Below, one piece after another: positions 40,500 to 51,884 of a DNA stretch of 64,000 nt; the first letter of the stretch is position 1, and each line of letters opens with the position of its first letter. This DNA is from an uncultured delta proteobacterium (GTDB lineage Bacteria; Desulfobacterota; Desulfomonilia; Desulfomonilales; Desulfomonilaceae). Both the position numbers and the translations under genes were made by a program. The stretch is from NCBI GenBank assembly GCA_963789265.1, contig CAWBKB010000006.1, positions 384,001 through 448,000 on the forward strand, read 5' to 3'. The notes beneath the pieces are model-generated. The model was not told the origin of the DNA. It ran no database searches and worked only from the letters and a program-made list of their open reading frames with translations.

Positions 40500-41772
40500 T
40501 CATCCGCAGCCGTCGCCGCTCCCCGAGCAGCCTGCCGCCTTGCCGCAGCCGTTTCCGCGACCTTTGAGGACCGCAGTGTCCCCACCTTTGTAGATAGCAT
40601 CCAGTCCCGCTTGAATGAATCCGGTCATCTGCACGGGCAGGATTTCGCACTCGGTGAGCACCTGCTCCGGAGTCTCCCCAATGCCGCTCACCAGAATTGC
40701 ACGACAGTCATGCAAGACCTCTGCAAGAGCGTACCATCTATTTACGCCTGTGCCCGGTTCCGGAGCTTTTCGTTCTTCCACCGGAGCATATCCCTCGTCT
40801 GAAGGCTCCCATATCTGAAAATGTTGCGCTTCCCCGAGGTGCATATTGACGAGCACCCCTTCCATTGTTGCGACAGCCACATAAGGCTTGCCGTCCGTGC
40901 GAATGGAGTGCGTATTGGAGCAATCCGACAGGCATCCTCTGAATTCCGAGGAGCGGTCATCGTCCAACAGCCCCACAGCGTCGGCCCGACATCTGGTACA
41001 ATGTTTCATCTGAGGGATAATCTTCTCAGCCTCGATTCGTACCGAGGCCATCAGTTCCGGGGTTGGCTCGCCGATCTCACCGAACGGTGTTCCCGCGTTC
41101 GGGTACATGGTCATGCAGTTCTGGATATCAACCCCGAGTTCTGCCATCTTGCGAGCAACCGCGGCCACATGCCCGTCGTTGATGCCGGGAATGACAATGG
41201 TGTTCACCTTCACCACAATGCCGTGAGCCTTCAAGGCCGTTATTGCTTCGAGCTGGCGTTTCAGCAGCAGTCTTGCGGCAGCGATTCCCCGATAAATCAC
41301 TTTGCCGTCACGAACCCAACTGTAGATTCGCGCACCTATTTCCGGGTCCACTGCATTCACGGTCATGGTGACGTGGGAGACGTTCAGCTCTGCCAGTTCG
41401 CTGATGTAAGGGCCGATGTTCAGCCCGTTCGTCGCCAAACAAAGGAGCAGATCCGGAAAGCCCGCTCTGATGAGGCGCAATGTTTCCATCGTAGATTTTG
41501 GCTTCGCGAAGGCATCGCCTGGCCCCGCGATTCCGGCCACGGTTATACTGGGGGCCTTTTCCAGAACTCGTTCCAAATAGAGCACAGCCTGGTCCGGGGT
41601 GAGCACTGAGCTTGTCACACCGGGTCTGCTTTCGTTGACGCAGTCTGTACTTCCGATTGCAGTAATTGCACTTGATGTTGCAATCCGGAGCTACAGGAAG
41701 GTGAACTCGACCACATTTGCCCTTTGCGTGCGCATTGAAACAGGGGTGATTGTTTATATCCAGCCCGCTCAT
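40500..41772 (-). CDS. nifB: FeMo-co biosynthesis radical SAM protein with NifX-like domain, frameshift at 41646
   Basis: HPCF, HLPVAPDCNIKCNYC, DCVNESRPG, HCTRCRADAVG. Confidence 0.95.
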
Positions 41773-41784
41773 TGTCTTATTCCT

Positions 41785-43164
41785 TTATATATAGGAGTAG
41801 CCTATTGGCGAATGTGCTTGTTTTGCCGCTATGACGGTGTTTACGACGTTGTCGAAAAGCGACTGGGCCCCGCGATATCCCAGGTGCAGGGTCCTGTGGC
41901 CGCCAAAACGGTCGTGGATCGGAAAACCCACCCGAATGAGCGGGATTCCCCATTTCTTTGCAAGATGGTAGCCTTTGCTGTTTCCTATGATCAGATCGGG
42001 TTCCAGCGCCTCAGCTTCTTCCGCGATGTCGAAAAAGTCGACTCCTCCGCGAACCAGCGGCGGTTCCGGGAGCAATCCTTCAACAACCTCCGTGATGGCT
42101 TGCTCGAAACTACCGCTTCTACCTCCTGATGCGCAGAGGACAGGTCTCACGCCTATTTCAGCAAGAAACGAGGTCAGGCCCACGACAAGGTCTTCTTCGC
42201 CGTAAACTATGGCTTTTTTGTCAAACACGTACTTGTGACCGTCCACATACGCGTCAATCAATCTGCCTCGTTCTTGGGCATGCTTTTCCGGAATCCCGCG
42301 GCCGGATAAATCTTCCAATATTTCAAAAAAGAGATCTGTTTCTCGCAGGCCGACAGGCATGCCCAGCGAATGAAGACGGACCCCAAAACGTTCCTCGAGT
42401 AATCTCCCGGCGGTTTGTTGAGCGAATAGAGTGCGGCCGAATTCTATGGCAGCTCTGCCGCCGCCCATAGCCCTGATTTGGGAAATAGGGGTGCCGCCGG
42501 AAGGGAGCTTCTCGTACTCCTTTAGGGCCGGCCCATCCAGGGTGAGCGATATGTCGGGGAGGATCGTTTCTTGAAGCGCGAAATCCTCGATAATTTCTTT
42601 CAAATAGCGGATGTCCGCGGGAGAAACGAATCCGGGAAAGAGACTGATCCCACGATGTGGCTCGGCCTCTTCGACAAGCTGGGCAACGACCGATTTGATG
42701 GCGGCATGAAACCCTTCAATATGCGTGCCCGTGTAACTGGGCGTGGATACATTTACCAGGGCGGGTGAACCATGAGCTTCCATCTCCCGGGCAAAGTCCC
42801 TGCGAAATTCGCTGATCAGCGTGGGAACATCGTCGCCGATGGTTTCGGTAAGACACGTTGTAGCGATCCCGATCATAGCGGTGTCATATTTGGACATCAC
42901 GTTCTTCAGCCCCAGTTTCAGATTCGGGCCGCCGCCAAACACAGCATGCTTCTCGCCCAAAGACGACGAGGCAATGTCCATCGGCTCTCGGAAATGGCTG
43001 ATAATATAACGCCTCATATAAGTGGCGCAGCCCTGAGAGCCGTGGAGAAACGGGATGGCACCTTCTATGCCTCGAAAGGCCAGGCAAGCGCCAAGCGGTT
43101 TGCACAGTTTGCAGGCGTTCGTCGTAGAAACATAAGGCTCAGATTGTTTAAGGGCTGATTTCAT
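41785..43164 (-). CDS. nifN: Nitrogenase FeMo-co scaffold beta subunit
   Basis: CKPLGA, HGSQGCATY, GFPIHDRFG; follows nifE. Confidence 0.92.
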   Translation of the reverse strand: MKSALKQSEPYVSTTNACKLCKPLGACLAFRGIEGAIPFLHGSQGCATYMRRYIISHFREPMDIASSSLGEKHAVFGGGPNLKLGLKNVMSKYDTAMIGIATTCLTETIGDDVPTLISEFRRDFAREMEAHGSPALVNVSTPSYTGTHIEGFHAAIKSVVAQLVEEAEPHRGISLFPGFVSPADIRYLKEIIEDFALQETILPDISLTLDGPALKEYEKLPSGGTPISQIRAMGGGRAAIEFGRTLFAQQTAGRLLEERFGVRLHSLGMPVGLRETDLFFEILEDLSGRGIPEKHAQERGRLIDAYVDGHKYVFDKKAIVYGEEDLVVGLTSFLAEIGVRPVLCASGGRSGSFEQAITEVVEGLLPEPPLVRGGVDFFDIAEEAEALEPDLIIGNSKGYHLAKKWGIPLIRVGFPIHDRFGGHRTLHLGYRGAQSLFDNVVNTVIAAKQAHSPIGYSYI

Positions 43165-43174
43165 GGTCTCGACC

Positions 43175-44572
43175 TCACCGATTGCTCACGCTGCTCAAAC
43201 AGGCAGGCGTTTGAAGCGATCCGGTTACTTCTTTTCGGGGCACGAACCGCCACACCGGGCTCATGACCGTCGAGTAGACTTCTTTGGCGAAGTTGAGCAT
43301 TCCTACAAATCCTTCGAGGGCTTCTTTGCGCTCGTGATTGTGGTCGCAAAACCCGACGCCCAGCTTATAGGCAATGGGACGTTCTTTTACCCCTCCCACA
43401 AAGATGTCCACATCCTTCTCTTGTAGAAATGCCGACAATTCCAGCGGGTTGGAATCATCCACTATGATCGTACCTTCGTCAGTGATCTCGTGGAGTTCGC
43501 GGTAGTCTTCTTCTGTTCCCGTTTGGGAGCCGACCAGCACTACGTCCATCCCAAGGAGCCTGAAAGCCTTCACCAGGGAAAAAGCTTTGAAAGCCCCACC
43601 AACGTAGATTGCCGCCTTTTTGCCTGTCAAAGACCCGCGGTATTTTTCCAGAGCCGGGAGCAGAGCTTTCAACTCGGTTCTGACCAGATCCGCGGTCCGG
43701 TTCATTATTTCCGGGTCAATGTCAGCGAAAAGGCGTGCCACGTTGTACAGTGAGTCAGCCATGTCTTCCACCCCGAAGTACGAAACACGTATAAATGGAG
43801 TGCCGTATTTCTCCTTCATCATCTTGGCCAGGTCCATTGTGGAGCCCGAGCACTGGACAACGTTCAATGCGGCTCCGTGTGCCCGTTGGATATCATCCAC
43901 TCGGCCGTCGCCGGTGATGTTCGCGACCACCTGAATACCCATTCTGGTGAAGTATTCGCGTATGATCCAGATTTCACCGGCAAGATTGAAGTCACCGAGG
44001 ATGTTGAGACTCACCGGACCGATCCCGCTGGTGTCGCCGGTCCCTACCAGCTTGAACATAGCCTTGCACGCGGCGTTGTAGCCTTCCCGCTTGTTCCCCT
44101 TGAAGCCTTCGGATTGAACCGGAATGACGGGAATACCCTTTTCCCGCTCAACCCGCCGGCAAACCGCTTCAATATCGTCCCCGATGATTCCCACAATGCA
44201 AGTGGAGTAGACAAAAGCGGCTTTAGGCTCATGCCTGGCGATTAATTCTACAAGAGCTTTGTAAAGCTTTTCCTCTCCACCGAAAATGACATCACGCTCT
44301 TGCAGGTCTGTTGAAAAGCTCAGTCGATGAAGCTCCGGGCCTGAAGAAAGGGCCCCTCGAATGTCCCAGGTGTAGGCTGCGCATCCTATAGGGCCGTGAA
44401 CCAAATGCAGAGCGTCTGCAATGGGGTACAAGACTACTCTGGACCCGCAGAATACACAGGCCCGCTGACTCACTGCGCCGGCGAGACTTTCTTTGTCACA
44501 CGATATGTGAAAGGGTTGCTCGCCTTTGCGATGTATCTGATCCTGTCTTTCGGCGAAAATTGGGGTTGTCAT
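43175..44572 (-). CDS. nifE: Nitrogenase FeMo-co scaffold alpha subunit
   Basis: SQRACVFCG, HGPIGC, YTWDIRG. Confidence 0.95.
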   Translation of the reverse strand: MTTPIFAERQDQIHRKGEQPFHISCDKESLAGAVSQRACVFCGSRVVLYPIADALHLVHGPIGCAAYTWDIRGALSSGPELHRLSFSTDLQERDVIFGGEEKLYKALVELIARHEPKAAFVYSTCIVGIIGDDIEAVCRRVEREKGIPVIPVQSEGFKGNKREGYNAACKAMFKLVGTGDTSGIGPVSLNILGDFNLAGEIWIIREYFTRMGIQVVANITGDGRVDDIQRAHGAALNVVQCSGSTMDLAKMMKEKYGTPFIRVSYFGVEDMADSLYNVARLFADIDPEIMNRTADLVRTELKALLPALEKYRGSLTGKKAAIYVGGAFKAFSLVKAFRLLGMDVVLVGSQTGTEEDYRELHEITDEGTIIVDDSNPLELSAFLQEKDVDIFVGGVKERPIAYKLGVGFCDHNHERKEALEGFVGMLNFAKEVYSTVMSPVWRFVPRKEVTGSLQTPACLSSVSNR

Positions 44573-44593
44573 TGATCTAATCCCGTTGAGCTA

Positions 44594-44810
44594 GGAAGGG
44601 TGGGCCATGCCCACCGCCGTTCCGAATAGGTGGCGACCATGAACTTGTATCGGTAGGACAGGCATCCTGGTGTCGTCATGCCCGCGTACGCGGGCATCCA
44701 GTAGGACCGGCCTCCGCGCCGGTTGTTCGCGAGTCGCCGGCGCGGAGGCCGGCTCTACCTTCGGATCGGCGCCCTGGGTGACGAATGACAGGCAGGATGC
44801 CTGTCCCACC
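44594..44810. repeat. Mixed REP cluster inside nif operon
   Basis: GTAGGACAGGCATCC..GACAGGCAGGATGCCTGTCCCAC; GTCATGCCCGCGTACGCGGGCATCCAG; GCCGGCGCGGAGGCCGGCTCTAC. Confidence 0.8.
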
Positions 44811-44836
44811 TCTTCTGTCCGGCGTCCACGGTCCTC

Positions 44837-45139
44837 TCACGTCAGCAGATACTTTTCCGCGGGTTCTCCGGCCTCAAGCGCATCCAAGATCTCATCCACC
44901 GCTTCTTCGCTGGTAATGCCGCGGTACCAATAAGCTTGGGGATAGATAACCATCACCGGCCCTTCTTCACAGAGGTTTAGGCAGCCAGTGGTGGACACCA
45001 TCGCGTTTAAACCACGATCGGCAAGTTCTTCTTCCAGATGGGGGATTAGCTGAAGCGATTCCTTCTTGATACATTTCCCTTTCGCTTCAGTGCCTCGAAA
45101 ACTAGCGCAGACGAAAATATGATGATCCGGTTTTTGCAT
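44837..45139 (-). CDS. Thioredoxin-like [2Fe-2S] ferredoxin
   Basis: HIFVC..C..TGCLNLCEEGPVMVIYP..WY. Confidence 0.9.
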   Translation of the reverse strand: MQKPDHHIFVCASFRGTEAKGKCIKKESLQLIPHLEEELADRGLNAMVSTTGCLNLCEEGPVMVIYPQAYWYRGITSEEAVDEILDALEAGEPAEKYLLT

Positions 45140-45282
45140 TGCTATTTTCCTTCTTCTTGGCCCCTGTCGGAGCTCCATGTTTGATTATGTGGAGCAGCAC
45201 GGCGAATGTGCTTGCTATTTCTTTATTTCCGGTGTCAGGTTTCACGTGGCTGTGATGCGTCAGGCATCGGTCCTCATCCGTC

Positions 45283-46659
45283 CTACATCACCAGTTCAAA
45301 ACTCTCTTCCGGAGCATCCCGATCCTGCCGCTCCAACACGACATCCAGGATCTTTTCCAGAAGGCGCATGCCGCCGCGGTAGCCGACGGTCGGGAAATAA
45401 CTGTGGCCTATGCGGTCCAGGATAGGAAAGCCGAATCGCACCAGCGGGATGTCTTCATCTCGGGCGATGTACTTCATGTAGGTGTTGCCCATAAGCAAAT
45501 CCACCGGCTCGTTCTTGATCCATTGGTGCAGGAGGAACATATCGCCTGGAGCGCTCACATTCACCGGATGCGGCACGTTTCGCGTGATCTCGTGAATTCG
45601 AGCTTCGAATTCCTTGCCCGTTGTGCCGGTCACGATATGGATCGGCCACATGTCAATGGAGACCAGGAATTCGGTTAAAGCGATGAGCTGATCGGGATCG
45701 CCTGCCAGCGCCACTTTCCTCCCGTAGAAATACTGGTGCATATCGGTGATGATATCCATCAATTGGCCACGTTCCTCATTGAGCATGTCCGGGACATTGA
45801 TTCCCGCGGCCTTCCTAAGCGTATCCACAAACCGGTCTGTGGCTTTGAAGCCGATTGGCAGGTCGAGGATTTCGCAGGGAACCTTGCATTTGGTGTCCAG
45901 TGCCCGTGCGGCCAACCCTGACGCCATCCGCCCGAGCGCGATGGTGGCCAGGCTGTCTCCGGTGCTCATTAGCGCTTCCACGGTTACGCCCCCTTTGGGG
46001 AACATTTCGTACTTGCCGGTCTGAGGGCGGTTCAGCACCCTGGATGTGTCGGGAAACACAACCGTGCGGACGCCCATCATGTCGGCAATGCGTTTGATCT
46101 CCTCCATGTCCGATGGTTCGACGTAACCCGGGATAATGTTTATCTGTTCGATCCTTTTGCCGGTGGACTGTGCAAAGTAATCCACCATGGCCCTGGTCAT
46201 GCCTGCAAACCCGGTCACATGCGTGCCCACGTAACTGGGTGTGTTCACGTGGATGACGTATTTGCCCTTGGGAATTTTGCCGTCCGCTTCAGCTTTGCGC
46301 GCGATCTGGGGAATGTCATCACCGATGGTTTCGGACAAACAGGTCGTATGCACCGCGATGACGTCCGGTTCGTAAATGGTAAAGATGTTGTCGATCGCCT
46401 GTACCAGGTTGGCCTGCCCGCCGAACACCGATGCTCCTTCCGTGAACGAACTGGTCGCTGCCATTACCGGTTCTTTGTAATGGCGTGTGAGAGTGCTTCG
46501 ATGGTAGGCGCAGCAACCTTGCGAACCGTGACTGTGCGGCAGACAGTTATGGATGCCCAAAGCAGCGTACATGGCGCCGATCGGTTGGCAGGTCTTGGCC
46601 GGGTTTACGGTCAAGGCTTTGCGTTTGTTGATTTCTTTTGGAGTATGTCGCAGTAGCAT
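45283..46659 (-). CDS. nifK: Nitrogenase MoFe protein beta chain
   Basis: NPAKTCQPIGA, HGSQGCCAY, TTCLSETIGDD. Confidence 0.97.
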   Translation of the reverse strand: MLLRHTPKEINKRKALTVNPAKTCQPIGAMYAALGIHNCLPHSHGSQGCCAYHRSTLTRHYKEPVMAATSSFTEGASVFGGQANLVQAIDNIFTIYEPDVIAVHTTCLSETIGDDIPQIARKAEADGKIPKGKYVIHVNTPSYVGTHVTGFAGMTRAMVDYFAQSTGKRIEQINIIPGYVEPSDMEEIKRIADMMGVRTVVFPDTSRVLNRPQTGKYEMFPKGGVTVEALMSTGDSLATIALGRMASGLAARALDTKCKVPCEILDLPIGFKATDRFVDTLRKAAGINVPDMLNEERGQLMDIITDMHQYFYGRKVALAGDPDQLIALTEFLVSIDMWPIHIVTGTTGKEFEARIHEITRNVPHPVNVSAPGDMFLLHQWIKNEPVDLLMGNTYMKYIARDEDIPLVRFGFPILDRIGHSYFPTVGYRGGMRLLEKILDVVLERQDRDAPEESFELVM

Positions 46660-46682
46660 GTGTTCGTTCCTTCCTCCAGGGC

Positions 46683-48338
46683 TCAATCGCAGCCGTATTT
46701 AGCTGCCAATTCGGGGCTTTCCTGCCAGGGCGCTTTCAGATATTTCCAGACCTGGCTGTTGACCATACGGTCAATCTCCCGGTAGAAATTCATTGCCCCT
46801 CTGAAGCCGGCATAAGGGCCGCCGGAATCGTAGCTATGGAGCTGTTTCATGGGTATGCCCTTCTTTTGTATGGCGAATTTTTCCTTGATGCCCGCACAAA
46901 AAATGGCTGGTTTGTAAATGTCAATGAGCCGCTCCGACTCGTACTGGCTGATGTCGTCGATGACCAGGGTCTTTGCCGCCATCTCACGCATCATGCCGTC
47001 GTAGTCCTTAAACCGGAATCCTTTCTCCTTGAGCCTCGCCAATTCCTCTTCAGTTTTGCGCGGCCGAAACTTTTCCGGATCGGGATGAACTTCCAATTCC
47101 TCGATGTTACGGCTGTCTGCATCGACCTTGAGAGTCGGCAGCACGTGGCGGCCTTCGTAGTCGTCACGGTGGGCGAATTCGTAGCCCGCGCAAATTGTCT
47201 CCATGCCGATTTCCCGAAAAAGCTCCTGGTAGTGGTGGGCTCTGGAACCACCCACGAACAGCATGGCCAGCTTCCCTTCGCAGCGAGGCCGCACTTCATC
47301 ACGAACCTTGATCACTTCCGGCATTTCTCGGGCAATGACCGCTTCGACGCGCTCGCTCAGTTCCGGATCGTCAAAATACTTGGCTATCTTGCGGAGCGAT
47401 TTTGATGCCGCTTCAGCCCCGATAAAGTTGATTTTGATCCACGGGATCCCGTACTTTACCTCCATCATTTCCGCCACATAGTTAATGGAACGGTGGCACA
47501 TGATGGTGTTGAGATCGGCAGTGTGTGCGTTCGAAAATTGGTCGTACGTGGAATTGCCGCTGAAGGTCGACACGACAGTGATTCCGCAGTCATTAAGGAT
47601 GCGGTCCAGTTCGAAGGCGTCGCCACCTATATTGTATTCACCGAGCAAGTTGATCTTGTATTTGCCTTCCTTGACCTTGTCATTCAGACCTACGACGTGT
47701 GTGAAGATGCCGTTGTTGGCAATGTGGTGCCCGGCGGACTGGCTCACGCCCTTGTATCCCTCGCAACTGAACGCGAAAACATTAATCCCGAGCTTTTCTT
47801 TCATTTCTCTTGCTACCGAATGGACGTCGTCACCGATGAGTCCAACCGGGCAGGTAGCGAAGACGCTGATGGCCTTGGGTTTGAAAAGATCGTAGGCTTC
47901 CTGTATGGCCGCACGCAGTTTTTTCTCGCCTCCGAAGACGATGTCTTCTTCCTGCATGTCGGTGGAAAAGCAGTACGTCATAAAATTCTCATCGTTCGGT
48001 CCGTTTGTTCGCGTCTGATTGCGGCGTGTCAACCAGCTATAAAAGCCGCAACCTATGGGCCCGTGCGTAATGTTGACTATGTCACGGGTTGGACCCAGGA
48101 TAACTCCCTTACAACCCGCGTAGGTGCAACCACGTTGAGTGATAATGCCGGGAATGGTGCGAGTGTTGGCACCGATTTCGGGCACATCCTGCTCTTCGCC
48201 TACTTGGTTGACGATAATTTGTTTGGCGCGCTTGCGAGCCACCTTGGTTGGAACCTTGCGCAAGAGTTCCTGCTTCACTTCCTGGGGATCAATGGGTTCG
48301 ACCCCCAAGCCGATGGTTTCATCTTTGAGTAATCTCAT
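46683..48338 (-). CDS. nifD: Nitrogenase MoFe protein alpha chain (group II insertion)
   Basis: RGCTYAGC, GVSQSAGHH, CHRS, HSYD; insertion after AHRDDYEG. Confidence 0.97.
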   Translation of the reverse strand: MRLLKDETIGLGVEPIDPQEVKQELLRKVPTKVARKRAKQIIVNQVGEEQDVPEIGANTRTIPGIITQRGCTYAGCKGVILGPTRDIVNITHGPIGCGFYSWLTRRNQTRTNGPNDENFMTYCFSTDMQEEDIVFGGEKKLRAAIQEAYDLFKPKAISVFATCPVGLIGDDVHSVAREMKEKLGINVFAFSCEGYKGVSQSAGHHIANNGIFTHVVGLNDKVKEGKYKINLLGEYNIGGDAFELDRILNDCGITVVSTFSGNSTYDQFSNAHTADLNTIMCHRSINYVAEMMEVKYGIPWIKINFIGAEAASKSLRKIAKYFDDPELSERVEAVIAREMPEVIKVRDEVRPRCEGKLAMLFVGGSRAHHYQELFREIGMETICAGYEFAHRDDYEGRHVLPTLKVDADSRNIEELEVHPDPEKFRPRKTEEELARLKEKGFRFKDYDGMMREMAAKTLVIDDISQYESERLIDIYKPAIFCAGIKEKFAIQKKGIPMKQLHSYDSGGPYAGFRGAMNFYREIDRMVNSQVWKYLKAPWQESPELAAKYGCD

Positions 48339-48365
48339 GGTGTTCTCCAGTTAACAAACAACCCT

Positions 48366-48746
48366 TCACACTTCATCCAGTACGCCTTCGCCGCCTTCGC
48401 CGGTGCGCACGCTCACCGAGTCTATCGCCGGCATGACAAAGATTTTACCGTCACCGGACTTGCCGGTTTGATTGACGTCAATGATGGTTTTCACAGTTTT
48501 TTGGACAAGCTTGTCCGGCACTACAATGAGCAGCAGGCGCTTAGGAATTAGTCGCTGGCTCTGACCGAGCTGTGCTATGGCTTCCTCGTAACCCTTTTCC
48601 GCACCTTCCAGTAGGCTGTAATCCACTAGGCCTTTGCCCCTCCCGAGTACCTCCCTGGCGGTCATGGAGAGAATGCCCGAATCGGAAAGCGCCTTTTTGG
48701 TTCTATTCATCATGTTCATGCGGATGACCGCGATGAGTTCTTTCAT
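48366..48746 (-). CDS. nifI2: PII-family nitrogenase regulator NifI2
   Basis: GRGKG, TGKSGDGKIFV; between nifH and nifD. Confidence 0.9.
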   Translation of the reverse strand: MKELIAVIRMNMMNRTKKALSDSGILSMTAREVLGRGKGLVDYSLLEGAEKGYEEAIAQLGQSQRLIPKRLLLIVVPDKLVQKTVKTIIDVNQTGKSGDGKIFVMPAIDSVSVRTGEGGEGVLDEV

Positions 48747-49108
48747 ATCTTTACCTCTTCGGTTTCGCCGGAGGCGCTCTCCTTGATTCCCGAACTGATG
48801 GTGTAAACTTCATCCACCGCGCTCACAAAGATCTTGCCGTCCCCGTAAGCGCCTTTGTCTCCGGTGCGTGCGGCTTTGATCACCGTCTTGATGACGAAAT
48901 CCTTGTCCGCATCGGGCACCACGGTAAGGAGCAGTTCCTTGGGGATTTCGTCGTAAGTGATTTCGCCAATCCTTATTCCGCGCTGCTTGCCGCGTCCGAC
49001 GACTGACATTTTTGTCACAGCGGGAAAACCGGCTTCCATCAACGCGGCCAGGACATCGTCCACCTTTGTGGGCCTTACGATGGATCTGATCATCAACATA
49101 TCCGTCAC
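48743..49108 (-). CDS. nifI1: PII-family nitrogenase regulator NifI1
   Basis: GRGKQRGI..ITYDEIPK, GAYGDGKIFV. Confidence 0.92.
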   Translation of the reverse strand: MTDMLMIRSIVRPTKVDDVLAALMEAGFPAVTKMSVVGRGKQRGIRIGEITYDEIPKELLLTVVPDADKDFVIKTVIKAARTGDKGAYGDGKIFVSAVDEVYTISSGIKESASGETEEVKI

Positions 49109-49145
49109 CTCGTTTCCTTATTTGCGCTTCTGCCGGTCCTGCCGC

Positions 49146-50048
<903 letters not shown>

Positions 50049-50135
50049 TTAGAATGTAACAGTGCATTATTATGTGATATTTATGTCGCAGAGGTAGACG
50101 GAACGGCGAGCGAGTCATCCGATTTATTGGGCGAA

Positions 50136-50175
50136 GTTACAAAATTGTAAGTGTAGTGGTTTACAATTTTGTAAC
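50136..50175. promoter_or_regulatory. Candidate upstream activator site for nif operon
   Basis: Perfect 15-bp inverted repeat GTTACAAAATTGTAA-N10-TTACAATTTTGTAAC. Confidence 0.7.
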
Positions 50176-50315
50176 CCGCTATTTGGAGGGTGACCATCCG
50201 AGTCTTGATGCCAGTGCGCGATCAAACGGTGAACAATCAAAGAAATACAGCACGGATCTGACAAAGCCCAGATCCGTGGCACCCAGGACCTGATTTTGAC
50301 TGGATGTTGGGGCCA

Positions 50316-50332
50316 TCCCACGTCCCGCGGGA
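50316..50332. repeat. Micro-palindrome variant TCCCACG-TCC-CGCGGGA
   Basis: One mismatch to copy at 17867. Confidence 0.6.
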
Positions 50333-50488
50333 AGCACCATCATGGCGCCAGGTCAGTGCCGTTTAGCATCGGCCCATTCCCACTTGTTTGAAAGCGAATC
50401 AATATGATGCCTCTGGCTGTGCACAAACTCTGAGTCGTTTGGGTCCGGTCATCATCTTTATCTATGAACCGAAGTTTTCTCGGTAGGT

Positions 50489-50725
50489 TTGGCTATGAAC
50501 ACGGCGGACAAAAACAATCAAAATGAAGATCGAAAAGACCTATTTAACAGGCTTGGTTCGGAATCCATTACTTCGGAAAAGGAATCTTTACCACCTGATG
50601 ACGAATTTTTTCTCAGGCTACAGCGGAGCTATATCGAGGCGCGTAAAATGGAGTGGGTGCGCCGCATATTTGACGAGTTGCTTTCGGCTGCCTATGACTG
50701 TCATGGTGACGGATGCTGTTGCTGA
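50489..50725 (+). CDS. Small hypothetical protein
   Basis: ORF overlapping next gene; no recognisable motif. Confidence 0.4.
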   Translation: MAMNTADKNNQNEDRKDLFNRLGSESITSEKESLPPDDEFFLRLQRSYIEARKMEWVRRIFDELLSAAYDCHGDGCCC

Positions 50726-51132
50726 GAGACCCTGTTCCAGTGGATCCATTGTATAATGTCCCTATGATTGGATATGTGAAGCTGCAGCGTGAAAACGACA
50801 AGAAGGAGCAGAAGCCTTACGTCTGTTCTCAATGCAGAACGGAGATCACTCATTCGGAAGCTCTCATCCCACTTAACGGGGCACGCGACCACTCGTTCGT
50901 CAATCCCGTGGGTGTTCGGTGCAACTTCATGACATTTAATCATTGCGAAAACGTGATTGTGCACGACGAGATATATCTCCAACATTCATGGTTTCCCGGG
51001 TACGGATGGCGCATTGTTATATGTCGGGCCTGTCTTCAGCACTTGGGCTGGAAATATGATGCAGTAACGGCCAAGGCCCTGCCGTCGACTTTCTTTGGAC
51101 TGCTTATTGATGCGATAGAGCAGGATTCATGA
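50713..51132 (+). CDS. Cereblon-like CULT/Yippee domain protein
   Basis: CSQC, NPVG, HSWFPGYGW, CRAC..HLGWKY, FFGL. Confidence 0.88.
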   Translation: MLLLRDPVPVDPLYNVPMIGYVKLQRENDKKEQKPYVCSQCRTEITHSEALIPLNGARDHSFVNPVGVRCNFMTFNHCENVIVHDEIYLQHSWFPGYGWRIVICRACLQHLGWKYDAVTAKALPSTFFGLLIDAIEQDS

Positions 51133-51183
51133 GGAGATCTGAGGCCTGAAAAGCGGGGCTTTCGGGGCGAGGACATCCGTCGT

Positions 51184-51489
51184 CTACCTTCGCAGGCTGA
51201 GAAGCAGCCGCTTCATGTGGCTCATGCCCGAGAATATCCCGCTGAGCCATCCACCCACGCATCCCGCGAGGAAAAGCTCAGCATTGGGGATCTGCCGAAC
51301 CCGGATATTGTAATAGAGGAACAAGTCTACAACGCCGAACGAAATCATAGCGGCCAGGATGAAGACCCGTACAAAATTCTTGTCCGTAACCCGCAAGAAG
51401 GCCCCGACCACGTAGAATACCAGCATCAGCACTCCCAGCGATAGAGCGAACCCTAGAAAACCTGCCTTTATGAGAAGACCCAGATCCAT
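51184..51489 (-). CDS. Small membrane protein
   Basis: Three hydrophobic segments; GAGGA RBS. Confidence 0.65.
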   Translation of the reverse strand: MDLGLLIKAGFLGFALSLGVLMLVFYVVGAFLRVTDKNFVRVFILAAMISFGVVDLFLYYNIRVRQIPNAELFLAGCVGGWLSGIFSGMSHMKRLLLSLRR

Positions 51490-51799
51490 TTTACCGATCC
51501 TCAGTTGAAGAAGACCTTTGATTGCAACAGTCCTTCGCAGAGAACGCAGAGACCGGGGAGAATTCTATTTTCGTGCACGTCGTTCCGATGGAACGCGGCA
51601 AGTTCCGGCCTGTTGCGATGAAGGCGATTTCGGCTTGCCTATACGCGCTGAAGACTCACATGACGCTGAATAAGCTGTCGTTCTTCTCTTTGTTCTCGAC
51701 GCATCTCGCGCATCGCTGGACGGTGAACCGAACAATGACCTTCCGGTCGTCACGCACAAAGAATCTCTGATCTTAGTTTTCATTGACGCCGCGCTATTT

Positions 51800-51857
51800 G
51801 AAACCGTCTCAAAACTATTTTGATGCCTAGAATCGTGGCACGATAGCAACCCGGCGC
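51800..51857. mobile_element. Solo end of MITE A
   Basis: GAAACCGTCTCAAAACTATTTTGATGCCTAGAATCGTGGCACGAT. Confidence 0.8.
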
Positions 51858-51884
51858 ATTTCCTCGCTTTTCCGCAAACGGCCT

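Noticed and set aside
38629..41772. nifA and nifB as true pseudogenes
   Set aside because: Single extra bases adjacent to GTAC with otherwise intact motifs; more likely sequencing artefacts
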